From the IMG/VR virus record IMGVR_UViG_3300025674_000031: DNA of 64,000 bases. The stretch is one strand, 5' to 3'. Position numbers and translations under genes: made by a program. Each line of letters starts with the position of its first letter. The stretch's first letter is position 1. Below the pieces are notes generated by a model. That model did no database searches and had not been told where the DNA came from. It was given only the letters and a program-made list of their open reading frames with translations. Of this stretch, positions 16,968 through 26,792 are shown piece after piece. The stretch is from a virus.

Positions 16968-18485
16968 ATGATGTATGAAATAGTAAATCCAGATAATCTA
17001 TTCTATTCAAAAAATAGCAAACTAGTTAATGATTTTATGGATTTTTCTAGTAAAAATCTAAGGTTTGAAAAGCCGGTTACAATTGATTTTATAGAGGATA
17101 ATAGCGCAGGACAAGATCCGCTTGGCAAGACTGCACACTATAACCCTCAAGAAATGTCCATTGTTGTCTATACCACAAATAGGCACCCAAAGGATATATT
17201 GAGATCACTTTCGCACGAACTTGTACATCATTGCCAAAATTGCAATGGCGAAATTCCTTTGGATTCTAGCACAGAAAAAGGCTATGCCCAAACTGATGAA
17301 ACGATGCGGAGCTTAGAAAACGAAGCATACCAAAAAGGAAATATTGAAAATATCCGAAAATTTATGAATTTCCGTGACTTCGAGGACCAATACAAAATGA
17401 AGGAAAACAAAAAACAAGTGAACGAAGTGGGCGCCGCCCCTAACATAAATCAATCTTTTGCAGCCGACAAGCAGCGCCGGAAAGACCAAGGCCCGGACTT
17501 GCTACCTGCAGAAAAAAAAGAACTGGAAAGAAGAATAATAGACAGACAAGATGTAGCAAAAAGAATAGGAGTTGAACCAGACAAAGTTGCGTATGTAGAC
17601 CTGAAACTTCTTAATACTATCGCACAACTAAAAAAATTATCTGATTCAAGTCCTCTAAGTATGGAAGCTCCAACAGTTAAATCTGTTAGGAGGGAAATTG
17701 CAGCACTCGACGACCGCAAGGCGTTCGCTGCCCTTTATAAAGCTACTCCCTTTCTATGGCGGGGCCGTGTTCGACGCCTTCGGGCCAGCGGCGGCAAGAA
17801 GTCCCGGCTATCGAAGAAACAACGAGAAGGTAAACATATAATATCGCTCCAGAAAGCAATTGAAGACTACCATAAAGAAACTAAAGACCCCGGCATGAAA
17901 ATTAAAGTTACCGGTAAGTATAATAGAGAAACACAAAGAGCAATAAATAAATTGCGGCGCAAGCATTCAGGTTTTCCAAAAAGAAATCGTGATTTTGAAA
18001 AGAGTGTATCTGCTATTACACTTTGGTTACAAACTTGGTTAGAAGTTAGAGAAGATGAAAAGGCTGAGGCTGGCAAGAAGGCTGAGGCTGGCAAGAATGT
18101 CAAGTCCGCTCCTGCTAAGGGGGCGGCGCCAAGCTCTGGCAGTACAAATACAGCCCTTGCCAAATCTGCCGATCTTAGTAAAGAGTATGACCAGTTAATA
18201 GCCGATCGGAGAAGAATTGACCGTATGCCACCGGGACCACTTAAAAGAGAGGCTGAAAGGCAGCACAAAGCGCAATTAGCAGACTTTAAAAGGAGAAGAG
18301 CCGCCGCATCCGGCTTCGGGGTTAATGAGAACGTTGATCCAGCATTTGACCAAGCCGAGGTTTCCAAAAAGAGTAAAAAGCGACCTTTGCGTGAAAATCA
18401 AAAAGCAGATCGTAATGAGATGCTTTCAAGAATCCTAACTGAAAGATTGCTCGGAAATGTTAAAATTAAAATTAAAAATAACTAA
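16968..18485 (+). CDS. Multidomain protein with an N-terminal HExxH zincin-like domain and a possible PG-binding-like segment
   Basis: RHPKDILRSLSHELVHH..ENEAY; ISLQKAI..VTGKYNRETQRAI; ACTATTTATC directly before the ATG. Confidence 0.65.
   Translation: MMYEIVNPDNLFYSKNSKLVNDFMDFSSKNLRFEKPVTIDFIEDNSAGQDPLGKTAHYNPQEMSIVVYTTNRHPKDILRSLSHELVHHCQNCNGEIPLDSSTEKGYAQTDETMRSLENEAYQKGNIENIRKFMNFRDFEDQYKMKENKKQVNEVGAAPNINQSFAADKQRRKDQGPDLLPAEKKELERRIIDRQDVAKRIGVEPDKVAYVDLKLLNTIAQLKKLSDSSPLSMEAPTVKSVRREIAALDDRKAFAALYKATPFLWRGRVRRLRASGGKKSRLSKKQREGKHIISLQKAIEDYHKETKDPGMKIKVTGKYNRETQRAINKLRRKHSGFPKRNRDFEKSVSAITLWLQTWLEVREDEKAEAGKKAEAGKNVKSAPAKGAAPSSGSTNTALAKSADLSKEYDQLIADRRRIDRMPPGPLKREAERQHKAQLADFKRRRAAASGFGVNENVDPAFDQAEVSKKSKKRPLRENQKADRNEMLSRILTERLLGNVKIKIKNN
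18060..18095 (+). repeat. Exact 18-bp tandem duplication (KAEAGK x2)
   Basis: AAGGCTGAGGCTGGCAAG twice. Confidence 0.9.
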
Positions 18486-21400
18486 ATCTTTGTCCGAATC
18501 CGAAGAAGCTGCTAGTGATGCCGCTGACCCTGCCGAACAGGATATCCATTATAATTACAAGAAGCTCGAAGAAATTTCCTCTATGGCAGGCGGGAGCGTA
18601 GCAGGAGGTATATCTGGCTGGGCCGATGATGATTTCGGAAATAATAAGCGCTCTTTAAAAGAGGGCGGCAACATCTTCAAGACGCCAGAAAAAGAACCTG
18701 CAACAAAGCGCATTAAAAGAGAAAATGTAGATGGAACCTTGCAATGGCTAGAGGATTTAACTGGTCTGCCACTAGTAAACAATAAACTAGGCACAACTGG
18801 GAAAAGAGAAACCTCAGGGGACTTAGATATAGCAGTTAGTTATGACTCCTCGAACAAAGATGATCTAACTGCTATTTTATTAAAGTGGTTAATAGAGAAT
18901 AAGCCCGAGCTTGGATTATCAGAATTGCCATCAGCAAAGGGAAAAAGGCTGAAAGAGTTAAAAAAGACTCTACGAGGATGGATCGCCCATTCAGGAAATT
19001 CTGTACATTTTAAAACTCCAATCCTAGGCGACGAATCTAACGGCTTTGTCCAAACTGATTTTATGTTTGGAGATGTTGATTTTATGAAATGGTCAACGCA
19101 GCCTGAGTACGGAGATAAGTATAACGGCCATCATAGGCACGTCCTTTTAAATGCAATAGCCAAAACAAAAGGATACGCTTGGGGCGGTTTTACTGGTTTA
19201 AAGCGCAGAGAGACAAAAGAACAGATTAGTGATCCTGATCAGATAGTTAAAATACTTTTCGATGGAAAACTTAGCAAAGACCAAATGACCTCTATTGACA
19301 ATCTCATCAAATATATAAATGATGAACAAAACGTCAGCGAAGAAGATTATGAAGTAATTCATCAAATGGTCAATAATGTAGTCGATTTGCCTCATCGCAA
19401 CAGTACAGAAAACGATCTTGTCACAGAGGGCACCCTACCAAAAGGAAGAATCCACCATCCTGAGGATCTAATGCTTTGGCAAGGTTCCGAGGGGGCTTTG
19501 ACAGCTTTAGATTTAATCGAAAAAGCATTGAAAGAGAAAAACAGCACAACTCTAAAATGGGACGGCTCCCCTGCTGTTATATTTGGACGTGATGAATCCG
19601 GCGAATTTATATTCGCTGACAAAAATGCGTTTGTAGTCAAATCCTATGACGGTAAAGTGAAAAGCCCCGAGCAGATGCAAGACGTTCTCTTGAACAAGCG
19701 TCATAGAGATAAGGGAAAGGAGCCCTCGGAGTCATACATTCAATTTGCGAATAAAATGACAGAAGCTTTTTCTCTAGTTGAAAAGAACTTTCCAGAGAAC
19801 TTTCAGGGATATTATTTCGGAGACTTACTTTATTTTAATAGACCCGAACTACTAGATGGCCATTATAAGTTTAAGCCGAATGTAGTCGAATACACGGTTA
19901 AGGCTGATTCAGATCTTGGCCGAGACATATCAAAGTCAGAGCTAGCAATTGCTGTTCATGGCATGATTGAACTGGGCGGAGAAAAAAAACCTTTAACGGA
20001 CTTTTCAAACACCTTATTGGGCGATGTACTGTTGTTGAGCCCAGTTCATTCCGATACGGATATCAATTTCGATGTAAGAAAACTGTCTAAAGTCCAAGCA
20101 AAAATAAATTCTTGTAAGGATTCTTTAGATTTTATGGCTGGCGACTTTTCAGCGGCACGCCTATCCGATTTGCCAAATATATTCTACAGGTATATTAACT
20201 TTCAGACAGCTAATGATTTTAATAATTTGGCAAGTAATTTTTTACCTTGGATTGACTCACAGAGTAAATTTACAAATTCAAAAAAAGAATCAATTAAATC
20301 ACTCGTTGAAGATCATAAATCGAAGGTCAACGACCTCTTCGAATGTTACATGGCGTTAATGGAAGTGAAGAACGACATTGTTGCCTCGCTAGATACCAAG
20401 AATGACCAAATACGGGCATCGATTGGGGACATACCAATCGGTGAGGGCTACGTTATATCCTTGGGAGGGACTACAATAAAGTTGGTCGATAGAAGCAAGT
20501 TTACGAGGGCCAATAGATCAGTGATCCGAGAATCAAAAGAGCGTGAGCTATCCAGTATTCTTTTCATCCCCGGTGGATTTAAGCCACCGCACAAAGGGCA
20601 TATAGAGCTTATAAAACAAGCAATCAAAAAAGCCGGCCCGCTTGATCAAGTCTATATTGTATCTGGAAAGGACACAAGAGGGACTGTAACCGCTGAGCAA
20701 GCAGAAAAAGTTTTCGAGATAATGCTTGAAGAAGAAGGTCTATTGGGGTTGGTTGAGTTAGTATACTTTGATAAAGTCGCCACTGGTAAGACCTACAGCG
20801 ACACACCAGCAAACATAAAAAAAGGAATAGCTGGCCAGCCGATCCTATCCAACAGCCCAATGGTTAAAGTTGGTCTCATTGCCGCTGAAGTCGCAAAAGA
20901 TAATGCTGATATTTTAGTTGCAGCATCGAAAGCAGACCCAAAACATACTAAAGTTGCTGATAGAGTTATTAATTACCATGCTAGCGAGGTAGACAAGAGA
21001 TTTAATGTAGAGGCTGTAGTAGTAGACCCATTAGCCGCATCTGAAGATGCTAAAGTAAGTGCTACAGATATGAGAGCGGCAATCCAGTCTGGAAACTATG
21101 AGGAATTCACTAAATTTGTTCCAGACTCTGTCGATCCTGAAAACGTTCAAAAGATCTTCAGCATACTTACAGGAAAGGAGCCTAATTATAACATGAAAAG
21201 CAAGAACGAAATAGTCGAAAAATACAAAAGAGGCAAGCTTTTAGAAGAAAGGGTTCTCAGAAAATACATTAGAGGTAAAATTCTAGAATCAAAGCTCCTG
21301 AAAGAGTTGGCCGATAACGAACTGACTTCAAGTACTGGTACCAATATCGCTGCCAAAACACTTGAAAAATTTATTAAAGGTCTTCCAACCCAGTACAAAA

Positions 21401-22143
21401 CTTTAGCTTCGTCAAAAGAGCAAAGACTTTCTTATGCCGCTCACTATATTCAGGCTATTAAAAATAGCATGATTTCTGTTCTTGCTAAGAAAGGCCTAGA
21501 TCTATCGACTACTGATGAACCTGTTGGCCTCGCCGTGGGAGGCGAGCCCTCAGGAGAAAAATTTACAGTTTCAAAGGCCCCAGATCAAACTGAAGAACCG
21601 CCACCTGCTGAAGATGAGCTAATGTCTGAGCAAGAAGATGACGAGCTTGGCGATCTTAATCTAGATCTGGACGCAGATGAACAGGAAGGGGAGATTGACC
21701 CAGAAGGTGAAGTAATGCCTGTCACTCCAGACGAAAAAGCCAAAGTTAAGAAAGAAAAGGCAGCACAGAAAGTACTTGATCCAGAACAAGAAGAAATGAT
21801 GCCTCAGATTTCTGGTTTGGACGATACAGGTCGTGAATTGGCGTCAGAAGACGTTAAAGTGGCAATCGCTGCCGTAAAAGACGGCGTTAACATGCTTACT
21901 GATGCGACTGATGTTAAGGATTTCATTTCCACCCTCATTACTCAAATTAAGATCCGCTTTAATCTTGCTGAGAGGGAAATAACCGGCACAGATGCAACAA
22001 ATATCAATAGCACTCCAATTTCATCAGCAGAAAAGTTTATGAATCAACTTGAGGAGTCGAAAAGCCCAAACAGCTCTTTAAGTATCGACGACTTTTTGAT
22101 AAAATCATTGAAAGAGATGATGAAAAATGTCAGCAAAAGATGA
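18457..22143 (+). CDS. Polyprotein-like: Pol-beta-type NTase, KxDG ligase-like domain, HIGH-family nucleotidyltransferase and acidic tail
   Basis: GTTGKRETSGDLDIAV..VQTDFM; RIHHPED..TLKWDGSPA; IPGGFKPPHKGH..KVSATDMR. Confidence 0.75.
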   Translation: MLKLKLKITKSLSESEEAASDAADPAEQDIHYNYKKLEEISSMAGGSVAGGISGWADDDFGNNKRSLKEGGNIFKTPEKEPATKRIKRENVDGTLQWLEDLTGLPLVNNKLGTTGKRETSGDLDIAVSYDSSNKDDLTAILLKWLIENKPELGLSELPSAKGKRLKELKKTLRGWIAHSGNSVHFKTPILGDESNGFVQTDFMFGDVDFMKWSTQPEYGDKYNGHHRHVLLNAIAKTKGYAWGGFTGLKRRETKEQISDPDQIVKILFDGKLSKDQMTSIDNLIKYINDEQNVSEEDYEVIHQMVNNVVDLPHRNSTENDLVTEGTLPKGRIHHPEDLMLWQGSEGALTALDLIEKALKEKNSTTLKWDGSPAVIFGRDESGEFIFADKNAFVVKSYDGKVKSPEQMQDVLLNKRHRDKGKEPSESYIQFANKMTEAFSLVEKNFPENFQGYYFGDLLYFNRPELLDGHYKFKPNVVEYTVKADSDLGRDISKSELAIAVHGMIELGGEKKPLTDFSNTLLGDVLLLSPVHSDTDINFDVRKLSKVQAKINSCKDSLDFMAGDFSAARLSDLPNIFYRYINFQTANDFNNLASNFLPWIDSQSKFTNSKKESIKSLVEDHKSKVNDLFECYMALMEVKNDIVASLDTKNDQIRASIGDIPIGEGYVISLGGTTIKLVDRSKFTRANRSVIRESKERELSSILFIPGGFKPPHKGHIELIKQAIKKAGPLDQVYIVSGKDTRGTVTAEQAEKVFEIMLEEEGLLGLVELVYFDKVATGKTYSDTPANIKKGIAGQPILSNSPMVKVGLIAAEVAKDNADILVAASKADPKHTKVADRVINYHASEVDKRFNVEAVVVDPLAASEDAKVSATDMRAAIQSGNYEEFTKFVPDSVDPENVQKIFSILTGKEPNYNMKSKNEIVEKYKRGKLLEERVLRKYIRGKILESKLLKELADNELTSSTGTNIAAKTLEKFIKGLPTQYKTLASSKEQRLSYAAHYIQAIKNSMISVLAKKGLDLSTTDEPVGLAVGGEPSGEKFTVSKAPDQTEEPPPAEDELMSEQEDDELGDLNLDLDADEQEGEIDPEGEVMPVTPDEKAKVKKEKAAQKVLDPEQEEMMPQISGLDDTGRELASEDVKVAIAAVKDGVNMLTDATDVKDFISTLITQIKIRFNLAEREITGTDATNINSTPISSAEKFMNQLEESKSPNSSLSIDDFLIKSLKEMMKNVSKR

Positions 22144-22507
22144 GCCGGTAAGAAGATATAAGTATCACATACCAGATTTCTCAAACGCAAAAAAATTAAT
22201 TGAACAACACAAGTCCTCTAAGGACTTTGAGCAATTTATTGCCAAGCTTTCCTTAGAAGAGTTGATTGCCTTGAAATTAGAAATTTCTGGTAGACTCTTG
22301 AAGGGCCGCTTTTACGGTGTTAATCTATTGCGATCGATGGGCGACATCACAAAAGATGCAGTAATCCGCTATAGTATGTCGGTGAGTCGTAACGGTGTCC
22401 ACATGGCTCGCATCTTAGGCGTAAGTAAAGAAAACCTTCAGGCTCTTGTAAAAGATCGCTTTAACTACTACTTTTATATTCCAGAAGACAACATCGAAAA
22501 GAAGTAG
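22127..22507 (+). CDS. Hypothetical protein, possible C-terminal helix-turn-helix
   Basis: GVHMARILGVSKENLQAL. Confidence 0.55.
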   Translation: MSAKDEPVRRYKYHIPDFSNAKKLIEQHKSSKDFEQFIAKLSLEELIALKLEISGRLLKGRFYGVNLLRSMGDITKDAVIRYSMSVSRNGVHMARILGVSKENLQALVKDRFNYYFYIPEDNIEKK

Positions 22508-22549
22508 CCTTAAAATATCTCTCAAAATATGACACAATCAAAAACGTAA

Positions 22550-22879
22550 ATGAAAGTTACAGAATTGAAAGTAGGTAACATTTACAAAGTAAATAAAAAA
22601 AGTAATTTATATCCAATATATGTAAAATATAAAGATGATAAAGGAAAAGAAGTAATAAAGTTATTATCCTTTCACGATAAAGGTACTTGGATAAATGTTA
22701 ATAATCTTAGACCTGAGCATTGTGTAACTAAAGACTCAAACTATATCTTTATAGCTAAAGAAAAATTACGATTGTATGGTAAGGTAAAACTTACTGCTTA
22801 TAAATTCTGGTGCATAGAACACGCAGAATTTTTTTATTTTAAAAGTAAAAAATTAAGATTTCTAACAGAGGCAATATAA
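22550..22879 (+). CDS. Hypothetical protein (AT-rich)
   Basis: Stop overlaps the purA start. Confidence 0.6.
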   Translation: MKVTELKVGNIYKVNKKSNLYPIYVKYKDDKGKEVIKLLSFHDKGTWINVNNLRPEHCVTKDSNYIFIAKEKLRLYGKVKLTAYKFWCIEHAEFFYFKSKKLRFLTEAI

Positions 22880-23871
22880 TGATCACAGACGTAGTAGTAG
22901 GTTTACAATATGGTGATGAAGGCAAAGGAAAGGTTACTCATCACCTGTGCAAGAAAGGCCACTATTCTCATGTTTTAAGATTTAACGGAGGATGTAATGC
23001 TGGGCACACTATAATCCATAATGGAAAAAAATTTGTGACCCATCACATTCCAGCCGGTGTATTTTTTGGGATTAAGTCTATTATAAGCAACGGCTGTGTA
23101 GTAAACATTGCTCAATTTAAGAAAGAACTAGACTATCTAAACAGCAACGGTGTAAAGACCAAGGGGCTTATTTTTATTGCTAAAAATGCCCACATTATCA
23201 CAGATGAGCATCTTGAGCTAGATCTAAAGGATAAGAAGATTGGCTCAACAAAAAGAGGAAACGGGCCTGCATACTCAGACAAGTATGCTAGGACAGGTTT
23301 GCGAGCCGAAGATGTTCCTGAGCTAAAAGAGTACTTAATTGATCTTTATAGAGAATTCTACCACGACCACAAAAACCCAAGAATACTCTGTGAGGGAGCG
23401 CAGGCATTTGGCCTTGACATTGACTGGGGAGATTACCCCTTTGTAACCTCAAGTCACTGCACTACTGCCTCAATCTTTCTGAATGCTATAGAGCCGTCCT
23501 CTCTTCGTAAGGTTTATGGCGTTTGTAAAGCATATGAGACTTATGTTGGCATGAAAAGGTTCCAGCCCACCAACCCTGTTTTCAAAAAGCTACAGTTGTA
23601 TGGTAATGAGTATGGTTCAACAACTGGAAGAGCAAGGCAATGTAACTGGCTCAATTTAGACTTTCTAAAGAAATCCATTAAAATGAACTACGTTACTCAT
23701 TTAGTAATAAACAAGATGGACGTTCTGAATGATTTAGGAGTTTGGAGCCTTTACGAAGGCGATAATACAATGTACTTCCCTTCAGATAAAGAATTTAAGA
23801 AGCATATTACTGAGAACTGCGATAATGGTCTAGCTTCAATTCAGTTCTCATACCATCCAGATAAAATTTAA
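22879..23871 (+). CDS. purA: Adenylosuccinate synthetase (short form)
   Basis: QYGDEGKGK, RFNGGCNAGHT, EGAQ..LDID.GDYPFVTSS, EYGSTTGRAR. Confidence 0.95.
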   Translation: MITDVVVGLQYGDEGKGKVTHHLCKKGHYSHVLRFNGGCNAGHTIIHNGKKFVTHHIPAGVFFGIKSIISNGCVVNIAQFKKELDYLNSNGVKTKGLIFIAKNAHIITDEHLELDLKDKKIGSTKRGNGPAYSDKYARTGLRAEDVPELKEYLIDLYREFYHDHKNPRILCEGAQAFGLDIDWGDYPFVTSSHCTTASIFLNAIEPSSLRKVYGVCKAYETYVGMKRFQPTNPVFKKLQLYGNEYGSTTGRARQCNWLNLDFLKKSIKMNYVTHLVINKMDVLNDLGVWSLYEGDNTMYFPSDKEFKKHITENCDNGLASIQFSYHPDKI

Positions 23872-23882
23872 AGGAGGAAACA

Positions 23883-24092
23883 ATGACAAATAAAGTATAC
23901 AAAGTTCATCTTTACAACGACCAAATGGATCGAGCCAGCTCGTTTGATGTGAAATGTGAAAACTTCAATATAGCCTATGAAGAATTGAACAAGGCACTAA
24001 CCTCAAGGAAGGATTTAGAAGGATTCAGGCTTGTAGGTTTGTATGAAGTCCTATATAATATTGAAAAGTACAATACGCTAGTAAAGAACTAA
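23883..24092 (+). CDS. Hypothetical protein
   Basis: Strong AGGAGG RBS. Confidence 0.65.
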   Translation: MTNKVYKVHLYNDQMDRASSFDVKCENFNIAYEELNKALTSRKDLEGFRLVGLYEVLYNIEKYNTLVKN

Positions 24093-24107
24093 CACAAAGG
24101 AAAAAAG

Positions 24108-24761
24108 ATGCAACAAGGCAAGAAATACTGGTGCAGCGCCGACACCAAAGAAGAAATGGCAAACGAGACACCTCAGCAACAAATTATTTTGTTAGGAGAT
24201 CACGGCGGCGGTAACAATAATTCCAATGCTCCGGTAGAAACAATTGATAACAGTATTATGTTCTATGGAAATGTTGATGGTCCTAATGCAAAACTATTTA
24301 ATAAGGCAGTGAGAACTCTCGACACAGATCTACAAATGTTTGGTGTTCGATATAGAGCAACACCACCACCAATAAGGGTACATATCAGTTCTGATGGCGG
24401 ATCTTTACTAGATGGATTTTCGATGATGGATACGATTGTAAATTCTGTTACGCCTGTACACACATATATTGATGGCCATGCTGCATCGGCAGCTACTTTG
24501 ATCTCTGTTGTTGCAGATAAAAGGTTTATGTTTAAAAATTCCCGATTATTGATTCACCAGCTTTCATCTGCCGTGTGGGGCAAGTTCGAGGATATTGTCG
24601 AAGAGGTAGAAAACCTTGACTCCTTCATGAAGCAGATTAAGAAAATCTACAAAGATCACACTAAGATTAGTGCGAAAGATCTTAACGAAATTCTTAAAAA
24701 AGACAGATGGTTTACTGCTGAAGAGTGCTTGAAGATGGGTATTATTGACGAGATTGTATAA
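24108..24761 (+). CDS. clpP: ClpP-like serine protease
   Basis: ISSDGGS, IDGHAASAA (Ser), LIHQ (His), KDRW (Asp). Confidence 0.85.
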   Translation: MQQGKKYWCSADTKEEMANETPQQQIILLGDHGGGNNNSNAPVETIDNSIMFYGNVDGPNAKLFNKAVRTLDTDLQMFGVRYRATPPPIRVHISSDGGSLLDGFSMMDTIVNSVTPVHTYIDGHAASAATLISVVADKRFMFKNSRLLIHQLSSAVWGKFEDIVEEVENLDSFMKQIKKIYKDHTKISAKDLNEILKKDRWFTAEECLKMGIIDEIV

Positions 24762-26092
24762 TGGCAACTAAAAAAACTTACATCCTAGATACTAATGTAT
24801 ATTTGTCTGACCCTGTAGCTTTCAAGAAGTTTGGAAGATCAGATATTGTAGTCCCATTAAAGGTTCTTGAAGAGATAGATAAGCATAAGAAAAGGCAAGA
24901 TACTGTTGGTGCAAACGCAAGAGCAGCAATACGACACCTTGATGAATTAAGGGGCAAGGGCTCATTGCTCACAGGAGTAAGGATAGAAAAGGGAAAGGGG
25001 CTTTTATATAGCAAAACATCGGATATAAGTCTTTTACCGGATGAAGCCAATAGAAACGACAGCGACAATGTAATTCTTGCTTGTGCTCTTTCATTACAGA
25101 AGGAAAACAAGAAAGTAATTGTAGTCTCAATAGACATTAATTTGAGAGTCCGATGTGACGCTCTAGGGTTAAAGTCCGAAGATTATAATATCAATCAAGT
25201 TGTTTCCGAAAAGGACGACTTATACACTGGCTTTACCAAGCACTTAGTAGATGATGAAATCATTGATCGTTACTACTCGGGCGACGATGTTTATATCGAC
25301 AAGGAAGAGAAAGAGTTGCTACCAAATCAGTTTGTAATGCTGGTATCTTCCTCTAACGAAAAAAAGACTGCACTTGCGAGATTTGCAGACTATAACACGC
25401 CCTTGCTCAAAGTTCGATCTAAGTCAAGCTCTAAAAGTGTTTTTGGTGTTCGCCCAAGAAACAAAGAGCAGTCTTTCGCTCTAGACCTTTTGCTCGATCC
25501 CAACATTCCAATCGTTTCTTTGATCGGCGCTGCGGGGTGTGGCAAAACCCTTTTAGCAGTAGCCGCCGGTATGGAACAGGTTTTAGAGCCGCCCGAAAAT
25601 GCAGATCAGGCCCGCTACAAGAAATTAGTAGTATCCAGACCCATCATGCCAATGGGAAGGGATATTGGTTTCCTCCCCGGCACAGTTGAAGAAAAGCTCG
25701 CCCCGTGGCTAGCCCCAATTCAGGATAATCTAAAGTTCCTTATCGGAGATGATAGAACAACTCTTGATATCTACATGGACAAAGGATTAATCGAAATGGA
25801 GGCTTTGACGTATATCAGAGGAAGATCTATAGCCAATGCTTTCATTATCATTGATGAGGCGCAGAACCTTTCTGTTCACGAGTTAAAGACAATCCTTACA
25901 AGGGTGGGCGAGGGTACCAAAATTGTATTAACTGGCGATATTGAGCAGATCGACACTGTTTATCTGGATGCTACCACTAATGGGCTGTCCTATGCGGTCG
26001 AAAAATTTAAAGAACATGCTATCGCAGGACACATTACTCTGAAGAAAGGTGAGCGGTCAAACGTTGCAACACTAGCTGCTAAGGTTCTTTAA
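24761..26092 (+). CDS. phoH: PIN domain plus PhoH ATPase (PhoH2/YlaK-like)
   Basis: LDTNV, DNVIL, GAAGCGKT, GRDIGFLPG, YIRGRSI, IIDEAQNL. Confidence 0.92.
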   Translation: MATKKTYILDTNVYLSDPVAFKKFGRSDIVVPLKVLEEIDKHKKRQDTVGANARAAIRHLDELRGKGSLLTGVRIEKGKGLLYSKTSDISLLPDEANRNDSDNVILACALSLQKENKKVIVVSIDINLRVRCDALGLKSEDYNINQVVSEKDDLYTGFTKHLVDDEIIDRYYSGDDVYIDKEEKELLPNQFVMLVSSSNEKKTALARFADYNTPLLKVRSKSSSKSVFGVRPRNKEQSFALDLLLDPNIPIVSLIGAAGCGKTLLAVAAGMEQVLEPPENADQARYKKLVVSRPIMPMGRDIGFLPGTVEEKLAPWLAPIQDNLKFLIGDDRTTLDIYMDKGLIEMEALTYIRGRSIANAFIIIDEAQNLSVHELKTILTRVGEGTKIVLTGDIEQIDTVYLDATTNGLSYAVEKFKEHAIAGHITLKKGERSNVATLAAKVL

Positions 26093-26093
26093 G

Positions 26094-26768
26094 TTGTTAA
26101 AGTATATACAAGAAAGTGCAAATAGAAAACAAAGTATTCATGGCGTGCCGGTGTCAGATCAAATCAACATTGGTCAACGCTTAAACCTTTCTTTGATTAA
26201 AGATTGGATAGAAGCTAACATTCCCCGTAAAGCATTCAACGATATCATCGAAGTTTGTTTTACAAATGAAGCTGAATATAATGAGCGAATGATCAATGCC
26301 TACTATGATAGGGAAAGCCGCTGTATTTTTCTATCCGATAAGCAAGAAAATGAAAAGGACTGCATAAATGACATAGTTCATGAATTATCACATGCCCTAC
26401 AAGAACGCTATGGGCAACATGTATTCATGGACGGTGAATTAAAAAACGAGTTCGTTTCAAAGCGAATGAAGATGGCATCAGTTTTACACCGTGCCGGTTA
26501 CGATGAAATTCCCCGCCGCAGTTATGCTATGGTAGAGTATAGCAACTTGCTTGATGAATATTTTTTCAATATTGTAGGGTATCAAAAGATTAACTCGCTC
26601 CTCGGCGCAACATTTCCGTCAGCGTATGCCTGCACTTCATTGGAAGAATATTACGCTGAAGGGTTTGAAGCTTATTATTGTAAAGAAAATGGGCGCTCTT
26701 ACCTTAAAAAATATTGCCCAGTTCTCTTTACCAAGCTAAGTACATTAGAAAAAGAACTTTACAAATAA
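26094..26768 (+). CDS. HExxH zincin-like metallopeptidase
   Basis: IVHELSHAL plus EEYYAEGF. Confidence 0.55.
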   Translation: MLKYIQESANRKQSIHGVPVSDQINIGQRLNLSLIKDWIEANIPRKAFNDIIEVCFTNEAEYNERMINAYYDRESRCIFLSDKQENEKDCINDIVHELSHALQERYGQHVFMDGELKNEFVSKRMKMASVLHRAGYDEIPRRSYAMVEYSNLLDEYFFNIVGYQKINSLLGATFPSAYACTSLEEYYAEGFEAYYCKENGRSYLKKYCPVLFTKLSTLEKELYK

Positions 26769-26786
26769 ACTAAAATTTGAGATAAT
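26758..26786 (+). promoter_or_regulatory. Sigma70-type promoter
   Basis: TTTACA-N17-GATAAT with an extended -10 TG, 6 nt before ATG 26793. Confidence 0.5.
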
Positions 26787-26792
26787 AAAAGC

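Noticed and set aside
22879-23871. PurZ / 2-aminoadenine (Z) genome
   Set aside because: It keeps the PurA catalytic Asp (GDEGKGK; PurZ has Ser there) and a PurA-like TTGR loop, and no dATPase or other Z-pathway partner is nearby.
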